Counted from the first letter of the stretch, positions 9,328 through 19,870 are shown. The stretch: 64,000 nt of DNA from Betaproteobacteria bacterium (GCA_016208425.1 JACQYA010000118.1:3350-67349); one strand, 5' to 3'. Numbers and translations: made by a program. The notes: generated by a model from the sequence alone, not told the origin.

Positions 9328-9541
9328 ATGAGGCGCGAAGACACCTGCGGGGAGCCGGGAAGTACAAATTACCGACGGCGTTGCGGGCGGGTAAACAACG
9401 GGGTCGAAACTTGGTAACAACGCCGCACCAGTTTGAATCACACCCGGAATGATGGGGTCGGTTTCCGGCTACGGCGATTGTCGCCCCTGGTTCCAACGCC
9501 GGCGCGCGCGCAGCCCGCGTCCGGCCGGGGCGAAACAGCGC

Positions 9542-9811
9542 CTATTCTCCGTCCATATCCCGGCGCGGGACGGTGGACGGGTCGGCGATGATCGGGCGGT
9601 AGATTTCGATGCGGTCGCCGGGCTTCAGGGCGGCTTCCAGCTTGACGAGGCGGCCGAAGATGCCGACCTTCTGCGCGCCGAGGTCGATATGGGGAAACTG
9701 TCCGACGATGCCGGAGCGCGCTATGGCGTCGCCGACGGTCGCCGTCTCGGGAACTTCGATATTCAGCCAGATTTGCTGGCCGGGTTCGGAATAGGCGACA
9801 CCGATCTGCAT
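9542..9811 (-). CDS. rnfH: RnfH (ubiquitin-like UPF0125 family)
   Basis: 89 aa from internal ATG with a GGAGAG SD (MQIGVAYSEPGQQIWLNIEVPETATVGDAIARSGI...). Last gene of the rnf cluster. Confidence 0.85.
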   Translation of the reverse strand: MQIGVAYSEPGQQIWLNIEVPETATVGDAIARSGIVGQFPHIDLGAQKVGIFGRLVKLEAALKPGDRIEIYRPIIADPSTVPRRDMDGE

Positions 9812-9827
9812 CTTGCTCTCCCCGTTT

Positions 9828-10505
9828 CTATGCGGTCCCGCAACGTTCCCCGGCACGCGCTTGCAGCCGGCTTTCCATGGCACGCTTGCCGGCGAGCAGG
9901 AAACCGAGCACCGCGAAACCGCCGGGCGGCAGGATCATCAGCAGCGCGCCGCCGTAGCCCGGTATGTTCACTTCGAGAAAGGCGAAAGCCGGCCCGAGCA
10001 GGTTGGAGGCTTGCGCGAACAGCGTGCCGGCGCCGAGAAACTCGCGGATCAGGCCGATCCCGGTCAGCGCGCCGGTAAAGCCCAGGCCCATCGCCAGGCC
10101 GTCGGCCGCCGAGGCGACGACGCCGTTCTTGACGGCGAAGGCTTCGGCCCGCCCGAGGATGGCGCAGTTGACGACGATCAGCGCGATGAACAGGCCGAGC
10201 ACTTTGTAGAGATCGTGCAGCCAGGCATTCATCGCCATGTCGACGACGGTGACGAGCGTCGCGATGAGCACGACGAAGACCGGGATGCGCACCTGCGAGC
10301 TGACGGTATGGCGGATCATCGACACCAGCGCGTTGGAAACGACGAGCACCGCCGTGGTCGCCAGCCCCATGCCGAGGCCGTTGGTGCCGCTGGTCGTCAC
10401 GGCCATCGTCGGGCACATGGCGAGCAACTGCGAAAAAACCACGTTCTGCGTCCACAGCCCGTCCTTCATGATGCCGCCCAGATTGCTGCCCAGAGTCTTG
10501 CTCAT
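9828..10505 (-). CDS. rnfE: Rnf electron transport complex subunit E
   Basis: 225 aa. ...GLWTQNVVFSQLLAMCPTMAVTTSGTNGLGMGLATT... The ATG overlaps the rnfG stop (ATGA). Confidence 0.93.
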   Translation of the reverse strand: MSKTLGSNLGGIMKDGLWTQNVVFSQLLAMCPTMAVTTSGTNGLGMGLATTAVLVVSNALVSMIRHTVSSQVRIPVFVVLIATLVTVVDMAMNAWLHDLYKVLGLFIALIVVNCAILGRAEAFAVKNGVVASAADGLAMGLGFTGALTGIGLIREFLGAGTLFAQASNLLGPAFAFLEVNIPGYGGALLMILPPGGFAVLGFLLAGKRAMESRLQARAGERCGTA

Positions 10506-11125
10506 CGCCGCTCTCCCAGAATTTCCTCGCGGTGCTCGGCGTAAAACGCCAGACCGCCCTTCACCGCCTTGACCACCGCGCGCGGCGTAACAGTCGCTCC
10601 GGCAAACTGGTCGAAGACGCCGCCATCTTTCTTGACGCCCCACTTCCCGGGCGCCGGATCGCCCAGCGATTTTCCGTCGAAACCTTTGATCCAGGGCGCT
10701 TTTGCCAGCTCGACCTTGTCGCCAAGACCCGGTGTTTCCGCGTGTTTCAAGACCCGCACGCCCAATGTTTTGCCGCCGGCATCGACGGCCATCAACACCT
10801 GGATATCGGCCGCGTAGCCGCGTTCGACCCTCTTGAACACCGCCCCCTTGACCGCTCCTCCCCACCGCGCGCGGTAGACGGTCTGCGGCTTGCCGCCGCG
10901 TTCGGCGTCCGCGATTTCCAGCGTATCCCGGAGAAAATCGTTGTCGGCAAAACCTTCGGGCAACACCTCGGAGAGCTGATCGCGCAGGTCTTTGGCCTCG
11001 GCGGCGGCAATCGCCTCGCCCGTCGCGCTCGACGCCCAGGACAGCGCGCCGCTGGCGGCCAGCGCGAAGGCGCCGAGCAGGATGGGCTGGTAGCCGATTT
11101 TTTCGCGGAACGATGCGAAGTTCAT
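10502..11125 (-). CDS. rnfG: Rnf complex subunit G (FMN-binding)
   Basis: 207 aa. N-terminal TM segment and a C-terminal ..FDQFAGATVTPRAV.. FMN-attachment type motif. The ATG overlaps the rnfD stop. Confidence 0.9.
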   Translation of the reverse strand: MNFASFREKIGYQPILLGAFALAASGALSWASSATGEAIAAAEAKDLRDQLSEVLPEGFADNDFLRDTLEIADAERGGKPQTVYRARWGGAVKGAVFKRVERGYAADIQVLMAVDAGGKTLGVRVLKHAETPGLGDKVELAKAPWIKGFDGKSLGDPAPGKWGVKKDGGVFDQFAGATVTPRAVVKAVKGGLAFYAEHREEILGERR

Positions 11126-12219
11126 TGCACGCCCCCGCGCGCGACATCCAGCGCCTTGCCCTTGCGGTCGCGCCCGAGCGCGCGCGGCCTGATAAAGCGG
11201 TCGATGGCCGGCGTTAGCGCATTCATCAGCAGCACGGCAAACGCCACCCCTTCCGGGTAGCCGCCGTAACTGCGGATCACCCAGGTCAGCAGGCCGATGC
11301 CCAGGCCGAAAACGATCTGCCCGGCGGCGGTGTTCGGCGAGGTCACGTAGTCGGTGGCGATGAAGAAGGCGCCGAGCATCAGCGCGCCGGAAAGCAGGTG
11401 CGCCTGAACGCTCAGGTAGTGCGCCGGATCGGCCGCGTGGCCGATGGCCGCGGGGATCGCCACGCCGGCCAGCACGGCGAGCGGGGCATGCCAGCCGATC
11501 ACGCCGCGCGCCAGCAGGTAAAGCCCGCCGCCGAGAATCAACAGCGACGCCGGCTCGCCGAAACTGCCGGAGCGTGCGCCGATCCAGGAAACCGCCGGAG
11601 CATGCTCGCCGGCCAGCGAATGCAGCAAATCGATCCCGCGCAACATCTCGGTCTTGGAATAACCGAGCAGCGAGGCGCTGGCCATGGCGTCCGGTTGCGG
11701 CAGGCGGGTCAGGAAGATGCGCAAGCCGTCGACAAAGCCGGGGGCGGCCAGCGCCGTCAGCGGCAAGGGCGTCACCCACTGCGTGAGCGGGACGGGGAAG
11801 GAAACCAGCAGCGCGACGCGCGCCACCATCGCCGGGTTGAAGACGTTCTGCCCGAGGCCGCCGAACACCTGCTTGCCGATCACGATGGCGATGAAGCCGC
11901 CGATCGGCGCGACCCACCACGGCGCCCAGGGCGGCAGCGTCATCGCCAGCAGCCAGCCGGTGAGCGCCGCCGAGCCGTCGAGCAGGGTGGCCTTGATGCG
12001 CGTGCCGCCCGCCAGCTTCAGCGAAATTGCCTCGAAACCGAGACAGGATACTACTGTCAGCAGCCACAGGAAAAAGGAAGGCCAGCCAAACAGCCAGAAG
12101 CCATAGAGCGTCGCCGGCACCAGCGCCATCTGTACGCGAAACATGGTGCGGCCAACCGAGCTGCCGCCGTGCGCGTGTGGCGAGGCGACCGGCCGGCCGG
12201 TCGGAGCGTCTGCATTCAT
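11122..12219 (-). CDS. rnfD: Rnf complex subunit D
   Basis: 365 aa from ATG 12219 (MNADAPTG...). Polytopic NqrB/RnfD pattern (..LLDGSAALTGWLLAMTLPPWAPWW..FGGLGQNVFNPAM..). The upstream 158 codons of the track ORF are rejected. Confidence 0.9.
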   Translation of the reverse strand: MNADAPTGRPVASPHAHGGSSVGRTMFRVQMALVPATLYGFWLFGWPSFFLWLLTVVSCLGFEAISLKLAGGTRIKATLLDGSAALTGWLLAMTLPPWAPWWVAPIGGFIAIVIGKQVFGGLGQNVFNPAMVARVALLVSFPVPLTQWVTPLPLTALAAPGFVDGLRIFLTRLPQPDAMASASLLGYSKTEMLRGIDLLHSLAGEHAPAVSWIGARSGSFGEPASLLILGGGLYLLARGVIGWHAPLAVLAGVAIPAAIGHAADPAHYLSVQAHLLSGALMLGAFFIATDYVTSPNTAAGQIVFGLGIGLLTWVIRSYGGYPEGVAFAVLLMNALTPAIDRFIRPRALGRDRKGKALDVARGGVQ

Positions 12220-12334
12220 CGAAAACAAACTCCGGTTGGAAACCTCCCCATTCAGGGGGGTAATCGAACACGGGAGAGGCGCGAGCGCTTCCGTGTTGTT
12301 TCGTCCGGCTAGTCCGGACGCGGATTGAAACATG
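12215..12334 (-). repeat. 120-nt structured intercistronic element, copy 1 (rnfC/rnfD junction)
   Basis: About 94% identical to 13828..13947. Three hairpins (12243..12260, 12267..12297, 12302..12320). Supplies the GGAG SD and ATGAA start context of rnfD. The rnfC stop codon lies in the loop of the third hairpin. Confidence 0.85.
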
Positions 12335-13832
12335 CGGGTTCTCCCTGTTTTCCGGCGGCCGCCGCGCGCCCGGCCTTGCGCCTGGCGGCGGCTTCGGCTT
12401 TTTCGCGCGCTTCGCGCTCGACCCGTTCCTGGCGCTGGCGCGCCATTTTCTTCGTCGCTTCCGCGCGCAGCCTGTCTCTTTCCTGTCCGGCCAGCTCGCC
12501 TTTGGCATGCGCGAAATACTGTACCAGCGGAATGTGCGAGGGGCACACGTAGGCGCAGCAACCGCAAGCGATGCAGTCTTTCAACCCGAAGGGGATGGCC
12601 TCGGCGAACGCCCCGTTCCGTATCCGCGCGCTCATTTCGAGCGGCAGCAAACCCATCGGGCAGGCCTTGACGCAACTGCCGCAGCGGATACACGGCGCCG
12701 TTTCCCGCCCGGCGATCCCATCTACTTCCGTCGCGTCGAGCGCCAGAATGCCGCTCGTCCCCTTCACCACCGGCACCCGCCAGTGCGGGATCTGCACGCC
12801 CATCATCGGCCCGCCGATGACCCGGCGCGCCAGACCCAGGCCGTCGCCCTTCAGGCCCCCGGCAAACGCGATCACTTCCTCGGCCAGCGTGCCGATGCGC
12901 ACCTCGATATTGCCGGGCCGGTTCGCGCAGCGGCCGTTGACCGTGAGCAGGCGCGAGATCAGCGGTTTGCCTTCACGCACGGCGGCGCGCACGGCAAGCG
13001 CCGTGCCGACGTTGTGCACGATCACGCCGATATCTGCGGGACGGCCGTCGGCCGGTACTTCGATGCCGGTGAGCACCTGGATCAACTGCTTCTCGGAACC
13101 CATCGGGTAACGCGCCGGCACCGCGTGTATCCGCACCGCCCCGATGCCGGCCACGGCGGCGCGCATCGCCGCGATCGCTTCCGGCTTGTTGTCCTCGATG
13201 CCGACCAGCGCCCGCCCCGCCCCGGTCGCGCGCAGCATCAGGCGGATGCCGTCGACGATGGCGGGCGCGCTATCGCGCATCAGGCGGTCGTCGCAGGACA
13301 GATACGGCTCGCACTCGCCGCCGTTGATGACCAGGGCCGCGACCCTGGCGCGCGCCGCGCCGACCAGCTTGACCGCCGAAGGGAAGGCCGCGCCGCCCAG
13401 CCCGACCACGCCGGCCGCCGCCACCCGCCGGCCGATTTCGGCGGCGCTCAAGGCGAAGGGGGCGTCGCAGCCCCGCAGTTCCGTCCACTCGTCCAGACCA
13501 TCGGCTTCGAGGATGATCGCCGGCAGGGTGAGCCCGGACGGATGCGGCGCCGCGACCTCGGTGACCGCGACCACGACCCCGGAAGTCGGTGCGTGGACGG
13601 GCGCCGAAACCGCGCCCTGCGCTTCGGCCAGCAGTTCGCCCTTGCGCACCTTCTGGCCGACCAGCACCACCGGGCGCGCCGGCCCGCCCAGATGCTGCTG
13701 CAACGGCAGATAGAGCCGCGCCGACACCGGCATCGCGCGTACCGGCGCATCGGCCGCCGGACGTTTGTGGTCGGCCGGGTGCACGCCCCAGCCGATGCCC
13801 TTGAGGCGCCGGAAAAGCTTCATAAATTTCAT
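12309..13832 (-). CDS. rnfC: Rnf complex subunit C (NADH-binding, 2x[4Fe-4S])
   Basis: 507 aa from ATG 13832 (MKFMKLFRRLKG...). CIRCGSCVKACP and CIACGCCAYVCP ferredoxin motifs, with a Lys/Arg/Glu-rich C-terminal tail. Confidence 0.92.
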   Translation of the reverse strand: MKFMKLFRRLKGIGWGVHPADHKRPAADAPVRAMPVSARLYLPLQQHLGGPARPVVLVGQKVRKGELLAEAQGAVSAPVHAPTSGVVVAVTEVAAPHPSGLTLPAIILEADGLDEWTELRGCDAPFALSAAEIGRRVAAAGVVGLGGAAFPSAVKLVGAARARVAALVINGGECEPYLSCDDRLMRDSAPAIVDGIRLMLRATGAGRALVGIEDNKPEAIAAMRAAVAGIGAVRIHAVPARYPMGSEKQLIQVLTGIEVPADGRPADIGVIVHNVGTALAVRAAVREGKPLISRLLTVNGRCANRPGNIEVRIGTLAEEVIAFAGGLKGDGLGLARRVIGGPMMGVQIPHWRVPVVKGTSGILALDATEVDGIAGRETAPCIRCGSCVKACPMGLLPLEMSARIRNGAFAEAIPFGLKDCIACGCCAYVCPSHIPLVQYFAHAKGELAGQERDRLRAEATKKMARQRQERVEREAREKAEAAARRKAGRAAAAGKQGEPACFNPRPD

Positions 13833-13947
13833 CGGAAACAAACTCCGGTTAGAAACCTCCCCCTTCAGGGGGATAATCGAACACGGGAGAGGCGCGAGCG
13901 CTTCCGTGTTGTTTCGCCCGGCGAGTCCGGGCGCGGATTGAAACATG
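13828..13947 (-). repeat. 120-nt structured intercistronic element, copy 2 (rnfB/rnfC junction)
   Basis: Same element as 12215..12334. Hairpin 13915..13933 carries the compensatory pair change (C-G here, U-A in copy 1). Confidence 0.85.
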
Positions 13948-13962
13948 TCGGTTTCACCGATC

Positions 13963-14490
13963 TCACGCGGCTAAAGGTTTGGGCATCACCCAGTGTTGCA
14001 GGGTGACCGGCACCGGCCGCATGACCAGCGCCCCGGTCGGACATTTTTCGACACAGCTCGCGCAGCCGGTGCACGCCTCGCGCAGCACGTCGTGTATCTG
14101 CCTGGCGGCGCCGAGAATGGCGTCGGTCGGGCAGACCTTGCCGCAGCGGCAACAGCCTATGCACAGCTCCTCGGCCACGGTGGCAATCTTCGGGCCTTCG
14201 CCGGAAAGGCCGGAGAGGTCGACCGCAACGCCCAGCTTGGCGGCTAGCTGGGCGGCCAGCGTTTTGCCGCCCGCCGGGCAGCAGGCCGGAGACGCGGTAC
14301 CGTCGGCGATGGCCGCCGCCGCGCCGGAACACCCGGGGAAACCGCATTGCCCGCAGTTGGAGCCGGGCATCATTTCGATCAGCTCGCCGGCCAGCGCGCT
14401 GCTTTCGACGTGCAAGAACTTGTTGGCGACGCCCAGAACGGCGCCGAGCACGGCGCCGAGCAGGGTCAGGCTGAGGATGGCGGCGATCAT
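13963..14490 (-). CDS. rnfB: Rnf complex subunit B (Fe-S)
   Basis: 175 aa from ATG 14490. N-terminal TM helix, then the NCGQCGFPGCSG cluster and two 4Fe-4S motifs (CIGCCRCGKVCP, CTGCASCVEKCP). Confidence 0.92.
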   Translation of the reverse strand: MIAAILSLTLLGAVLGAVLGVANKFLHVESSALAGELIEMMPGSNCGQCGFPGCSGAAAAIADGTASPACCPAGGKTLAAQLAAKLGVAVDLSGLSGEGPKIATVAEELCIGCCRCGKVCPTDAILGAARQIHDVLREACTGCASCVEKCPTGALVMRPVPVTLQHWVMPKPLAA

Positions 14491-14501
14491 TGTTTTCTCC
14501 C

Positions 14502-15080
14502 CTATACGTTGAGGCCGGAGAAGCCCATAAAAGACAGGGCCAACAGGCTGATGGCGATAAACGCGACCGGCGCGCCGGCGAAGGCGGCCGGCACGCGCGC
14601 CAGCGCCACGCGCTCGCGCAGGCCGGCAAAAATGAGCAGCACCACGGCGAAGCCGAGCGCCGATCCGAAGCCGTAAAGCAGGCTCTTGAACAGGCTGAAC
14701 TTTTGCTCGACGTTGATCAGCGCGACGCCGAGCACCGCGCAGTTGGTGGTAATCAGCGGCAGGTAGATGCCCAGCGACCCGTAGAGGCCGGGGCTGGCCT
14801 TTTTGACGAACATTTCGGTGAATTGCACGACGGCGGCGATGACCAGGATGAAGGTCAGGATGCGCAGATAGCCGAGCCCGAGCGGCGCCAGCAGCCAGTT
14901 GTCGAGCATCCACGAGGCGCCGGCGGCGAGCGTGATGACGAAAGTGGTCGCCATCCCCATGCCCAGGGCGCTGTCGATGCTTTTCGATACACCCATCACC
15001 GGGCAGAGGCCGAGGAACTTGATGAGCACCACGTTGTTGACCAGCGCGGTGGAAAGTAGAAGCAGGATGAATTCGCTCAT
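14502..15080 (-). CDS. rnfA: Rnf complex subunit A
   Basis: 192 aa from ATG 15080 ([32 protein letters not shown]...), the typical RnfA/NqrE family. Confidence 0.93.
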   Translation of the reverse strand: MSEFILLLLSTALVNNVVLIKFLGLCPVMGVSKSIDSALGMGMATTFVITLAAGASWMLDNWLLAPLGLGYLRILTFILVIAAVVQFTEMFVKKASPGLYGSLGIYLPLITTNCAVLGVALINVEQKFSLFKSLLYGFGSALGFAVVLLIFAGLRERVALARVPAAFAGAPVAFIAISLLALSFMGFSGLNV

Positions 15081-15116
15081 GGCGGTAATGTCGGGAGGGG
15101 TACGGTCACCCTTACT

Positions 15117-15131
15117 GCACGAGCCGTGCCA
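15117..15131 (-). promoter_or_regulatory. sigma54 -24/-12 promoter for rnfABCDGEH
   Basis: Minus strand reads TGGCAC-GGCTC-GTGC, 37 nt upstream of the rnfA ATG. Same -12 variant (GTGC) as the nifH promoter. Confidence 0.8.
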
Positions 15132-15215
15132 GCTCGGGGAGCGCGGCGAAATGCCCGTACCCGCGAGCGCTTCGCGGCATGCGCACCAGACCGGGGCGAA
15201 ACCCGGGCCGGAAAA

Positions 15216-15231
15216 TGTCGCGAACCCGACA
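15216..15231 (-). promoter_or_regulatory. NifA upstream activator site for rnf operon
   Basis: TGTCGCGAACCCGACA, 85 bp upstream of the -24 element. Confidence 0.78.
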
Positions 15232-15309
15232 GACAAATCGTCGGGTTTGCCTCCCGTATCCGGCGGCAAACGGCTTATTCCAATTCGCGTTAGAAACAGG
15301 AATCATGTG

Positions 15310-15358
15310 GGAGCGGCCTTGGCCGCGATGGGCGCCGTATCGCGGCCAAGGCCGCTCC
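15310..15358. repeat. REP-type perfect palindrome (20-bp arms)
   Basis: GGAGCGGCCTTGGCCGCGAT - 9 nt loop - ATCGCGGCCAAGGCCGCTCC, in the divergent rnfA/nifL intergenic region. Confidence 0.8.
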
Positions 15359-15423
15359 TACAAAGCGCAACGGTTATTCGCATTTGTATTGCGAATCGGA
15401 ATTACAGGCGGCTTGTCGCGCAA

Positions 15424-15438
15424 AGGCACGGAACCTGC
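15424..15438 (+). promoter_or_regulatory. sigma54-like promoter for nifLA
   Basis: AGGCAC-GGAAC-CTGC with correct GG/GC spacing, 39 nt upstream of the nifL ATG. No TGT-N10-ACA nearby, so another activator such as NtrC is possible. Confidence 0.55.
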
Positions 15439-15476
15439 TTTGGATCGTCGACACGAACTTCGCAGGAGCCAACGCC

Positions 15477-17036
15477 ATGCCGTCCGCACCCCCGCCCCGG
15501 GCGCCCGCAGTTCGCCCGCAACCGGAATTGCCGCCCGAAGCCTTCCGCCAGGCCGTAGACCAGGCCGACCTGGCGATTTCGATCACCGACCCCGAGGCCA
15601 GAATACTCTTCGCCAACGAAAGCTTTAGCCGTGTGACCGGCTATTCGGCGGACGAAATCGTCGGCCAGAACGAGTCGACGCTTTCCAACCAAACGACGCC
15701 GGACGGGATTTACCGGGCGTTGTGGCGCGAGCTTTCCGCCCAGCGCCCGTGGTCGGGCCGCCTGCTCAACCGCCGGAAGAACGGCGATCTTTACCTCGCC
15801 GAGCTGACCATTTCGCCGGTCGTCGGCGCCCGGGGCAGCACCACGCATTTTCTCGGCATGCACCGCGATGTCACCGAGCTGCACCGGCTGGAGCGGCTGG
15901 TCGGCAACCAGAAGAAGCTGATCGAATCGGTCGTGGACGCGGCGCCGATGGCGCTGGCGCTGCTCGACCAGAACGGCCGCGCCGTTCTCGACAACCAGGA
16001 ATACAAGAAGCTGCTCACCGACCTGCGGGTCAAGGAACCGGCCCACACCCTGCTCGACAGCCTGTTGCCGGGCTGGCGCCAGACGCTGGCCGGCGCGCCG
16101 GAGACCTGCGCCTTCACCGGCCGCGAAGCGCGTGTCGACCGCCCGGCCGGGCGCGCCCGCTGGCTCTCGGTTAGCGCCTCGCCCATCGAGGTGCACAGCG
16201 ACTGCGCCGACAGCTACTTCTGCAAGGGCGGCCAGCCGGGCCTGCTGCTCGTCATTTCCGATATCACCGAGCTGCGCGACGAGCAGGAACGCGCGCGCGC
16301 CGCCGGGCTGCAAGCCGTGCTCGCCGATGAAGAACGCGCCGCAGAGATCCGCGAGGGTCTGTCGGCGGCGATCTTCCGGCTGGAAGAGCCGATGAACATC
16401 ATGGCCGCCGCCGCATCGGTGCTACAACGGCGCGACCCGGCCAGCGCCGGCGTGTTGCAGCGCGCCCTGGCGGCCAGCCGCGAACACCTGGACGCGCTGC
16501 GCCAAGTGATCCCGCAAAGCCCCCGGGAACCCGTCGTACACGCCAACATCAACGAGATATTGCGCGACGTTCTGGAAATCGGCACGCCGCGCCTGCTCGC
16601 CGCCGGCATCGTCGTCGACTGGCGGCCGGCGGCGATCCTGCCGCCGGTTGCCGGCCGCCCGCTGCAACTGCGCCTGCTCTTCAAAGCGCTGGTCGACAAC
16701 GCCGTCGAGGCGATGAACGTCACGGGCTGGAAGCGCCGCGAGTTGCGCCTGAGCAGCGCGGTCGAGCGCGGCCGCGTCGTCGTCGCCGTCGCGGACACCG
16801 GCCCCGGCATCCCGCCCGAATGGCGCCACAAGGCTTTCGAGCCTTTCTTCACGGCCAAGAACGCGGCCGGCCACCACATCGGCACCGGGCTGTCGCGCGC
16901 GCAGCAGGTGGTGGCCGACCACGGCGGCTTTATCGGCCTCCAAGAAAGCCCGGGCGGCGGTTGTATGGTGGTCGTCGAGTTTGGACAGTTCCGCGGACAA
17001 ACCGGGCAAGGCCGGCCCGGCGGCGACCCTATCTGA
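15477..17036 (+). CDS. nifL: Nitrogen fixation negative regulator NifL (PAS/PAS/GHKL)
   Basis: 519 aa from ATG 15477 (AGGAG SD). FRQAVDQADLAISITDPEARILFANESFSRVTGYSADEIVGQNESTLSNQTTP...YLAELTISPV...HFLGMHRDVTELHRLE closely parallels the Azotobacter-type NifL PAS1 domain. C-terminal ATPase-like domain (DTGPGIP). Confidence 0.92.
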   Translation: MPSAPPPRAPAVRPQPELPPEAFRQAVDQADLAISITDPEARILFANESFSRVTGYSADEIVGQNESTLSNQTTPDGIYRALWRELSAQRPWSGRLLNRRKNGDLYLAELTISPVVGARGSTTHFLGMHRDVTELHRLERLVGNQKKLIESVVDAAPMALALLDQNGRAVLDNQEYKKLLTDLRVKEPAHTLLDSLLPGWRQTLAGAPETCAFTGREARVDRPAGRARWLSVSASPIEVHSDCADSYFCKGGQPGLLLVISDITELRDEQERARAAGLQAVLADEERAAEIREGLSAAIFRLEEPMNIMAAAASVLQRRDPASAGVLQRALAASREHLDALRQVIPQSPREPVVHANINEILRDVLEIGTPRLLAAGIVVDWRPAAILPPVAGRPLQLRLLFKALVDNAVEAMNVTGWKRRELRLSSAVERGRVVVAVADTGPGIPPEWRHKAFEPFFTAKNAAGHHIGTGLSRAQQVVADHGGFIGLQESPGGGCMVVVEFGQFRGQTGQGRPGGDPI

Positions 17037-17050
17037 CGAAAACGACGACC

Positions 17051-18664
<1,614 letters not shown>

Positions 18665-18925
18665 CGCCCGCGCGGACATAGGATGGGGCGCGGCTCCGCG
18701 CGCGAAGGGCGCCACTGATGCGTCCGGTCGCGGCACCACCCACGTTTGAACCGGGGCGAAAACGGGGCGCCAGACCTCGTAACCCGCAAAAAGTGCCTGT
18801 CAAGACTTGACTTATTCACAAAACGCCCGCCGGAGAAAAACTTTGTATTGCAACAATGAGTTAGCCGATAAACTCCGCATAAAAATATATTTTTCATTTA
18901 AATACAACGAGTTAACAGTCTGCAC

Positions 18926-18965
18926 AAAAAACCCGCAGCGTAGTGGAAACCCTGCGCTGGCGGGT
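18926..18965 (-). terminator. Rho-independent terminator (minus strand)
   Basis: On the minus strand, ACCCGCCAGCGC...GCGCTGCGGGT (10 bp with 1 bulge) is followed by TTTTTT. Lies about 215 nt downstream of the hemerythrin stop. Confidence 0.7.
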
Positions 18966-18987
18966 CTTTAGCCCCCCTTTCCCAGCG

Positions 18988-19022
18988 TTTTCCACAGACT
19001 TATCCACAGAAAATGTGGGTAA
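18988..19022. promoter_or_regulatory. Cluster of three DnaA-box-like 9-mers
   Basis: TTTTCCACA (18988), TTATCCACA (19000, perfect consensus) and inverted TTACCCACA (19014..19022) within 35 bp. Confidence 0.45.
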
Positions 19023-19179
19023 CCCCTGGTCGCCTCAAGGAATGATGGAATTACTCGTGCCACTTAATGTGTTTCCTCAAACTCCAGGCTCAAATGAGGG
19101 GAAAAAAGGGAAGGATTCGCTGTCGCCGGGATCGCTTCCGCACGCACCGGAGACCAGTCACGGGGGGCTGGAAATCGAA

Positions 19180-19578
19180 TTATCGGCGCGTCGGCTCCGG
19201 GGTTTCCCGCTTCAAGCACCCCGCCAACGCCGCATCCATCGTGGCGACATGGAGTGCGAACCAGTCCGGCAGCGCCCGGACATAGATTCTCGCCAGGCCG
19301 ATTCGACCGGCCTTCACCCCGCGCGCGAAATAGCCGAGTTCGCCGAGTACGCGCAGGTGCTCGCTGTTGTGCTCGCCGGTGGCGGGAAAGCGGCAGGCCT
19401 TCATCAGTGTGCCTTCATGCTCGAAATGCAGCCGGGTATGCTCGTGCAGGTGCGCGAAGAGTGCCGGAAACGCCTCGTCCGGGGCGGCCATCAGCGCATC
19501 GGCGGCTTCGATGAATTCCCGGTGGGTGGCGTCCATTTCCGCCACGCCCAGGGCGTATCCCGATTCATCCCACGGCAT
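19180..19578 (-). CDS. Bacteriohemerythrin-like protein
   Basis: 132 aa from internal ATG (MPWDESGYALGVAEMDATHREFIEAADAL...HLHEHTRLHFEHEG...). Has the W-x(n)-G-x(3)-D-x(2)-H and H-F-x(2)-E hemerythrin ligand pattern. Confidence 0.8.
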   Translation of the reverse strand: MPWDESGYALGVAEMDATHREFIEAADALMAAPDEAFPALFAHLHEHTRLHFEHEGTLMKACRFPATGEHNSEHLRVLGELGYFARGVKAGRIGLARIYVRALPDWFALHVATMDAALAGCLKRETPEPTRR

Positions 19579-19870
19579 CAGAGCGCCCCGCGCGTACACG
19601 CCGTACCGCCGCCGTTGCGGGCGAGAAATTTGGTCGCCGGGCCTGAGCCGGGAGCGATACGGCCGTTTTGGGGGCAGCTTGTCGGTTTTTCGTGCAGTTC
19701 CGGGGTCATGGGGTGGACTCTGTGGGGTGGGCGTAAAGCGCTTGCAGCAAGTTCCGCGCCCGTCCGCAACCGGCGCGGCGGCACGGCTTGCAGACCGCCC
19801 GGCAGACCGGTTGTCGGGTTTGTTACACGGCGCGATGGGCCGGGTTGCCGGCAGGAAGTACAATCCGGCG

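Noticed and set aside
12220-12333. In-frame N-terminal extensions MFQSA(S/P)GLAGRNNTEALAPLPCSI.. on both rnfD (ATG 12333) and rnfC (ATG 13946), suggesting a shared leader peptide.
   Set aside because: - There is no SD before these ATGs, while a GGAG SD precedes the downstream ATGs.
- The copy-1 ATG lies inside the rnfC coding sequence.
- The differences between copies are 4 nonsynonymous to 3 synonymous and include a stem-preserving double change.
- The extensions are better explained as a structured RNA/DNA repeat.
19048-19062. Minus-strand TGGCAC-GAGTA-ATTC in the hemerythrin 3' region.
   Set aside because: The -12 GC dinucleotide is absent, and no downstream ORF is present.
19779-19791. 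CGGCAC-GGC-TTGC upstream of the 174-aa ORF as a possible sigma54 promoter.
   Set aside because: The spacer is 3 nt instead of 5, and there is no TGT-N10-ACA nearby.
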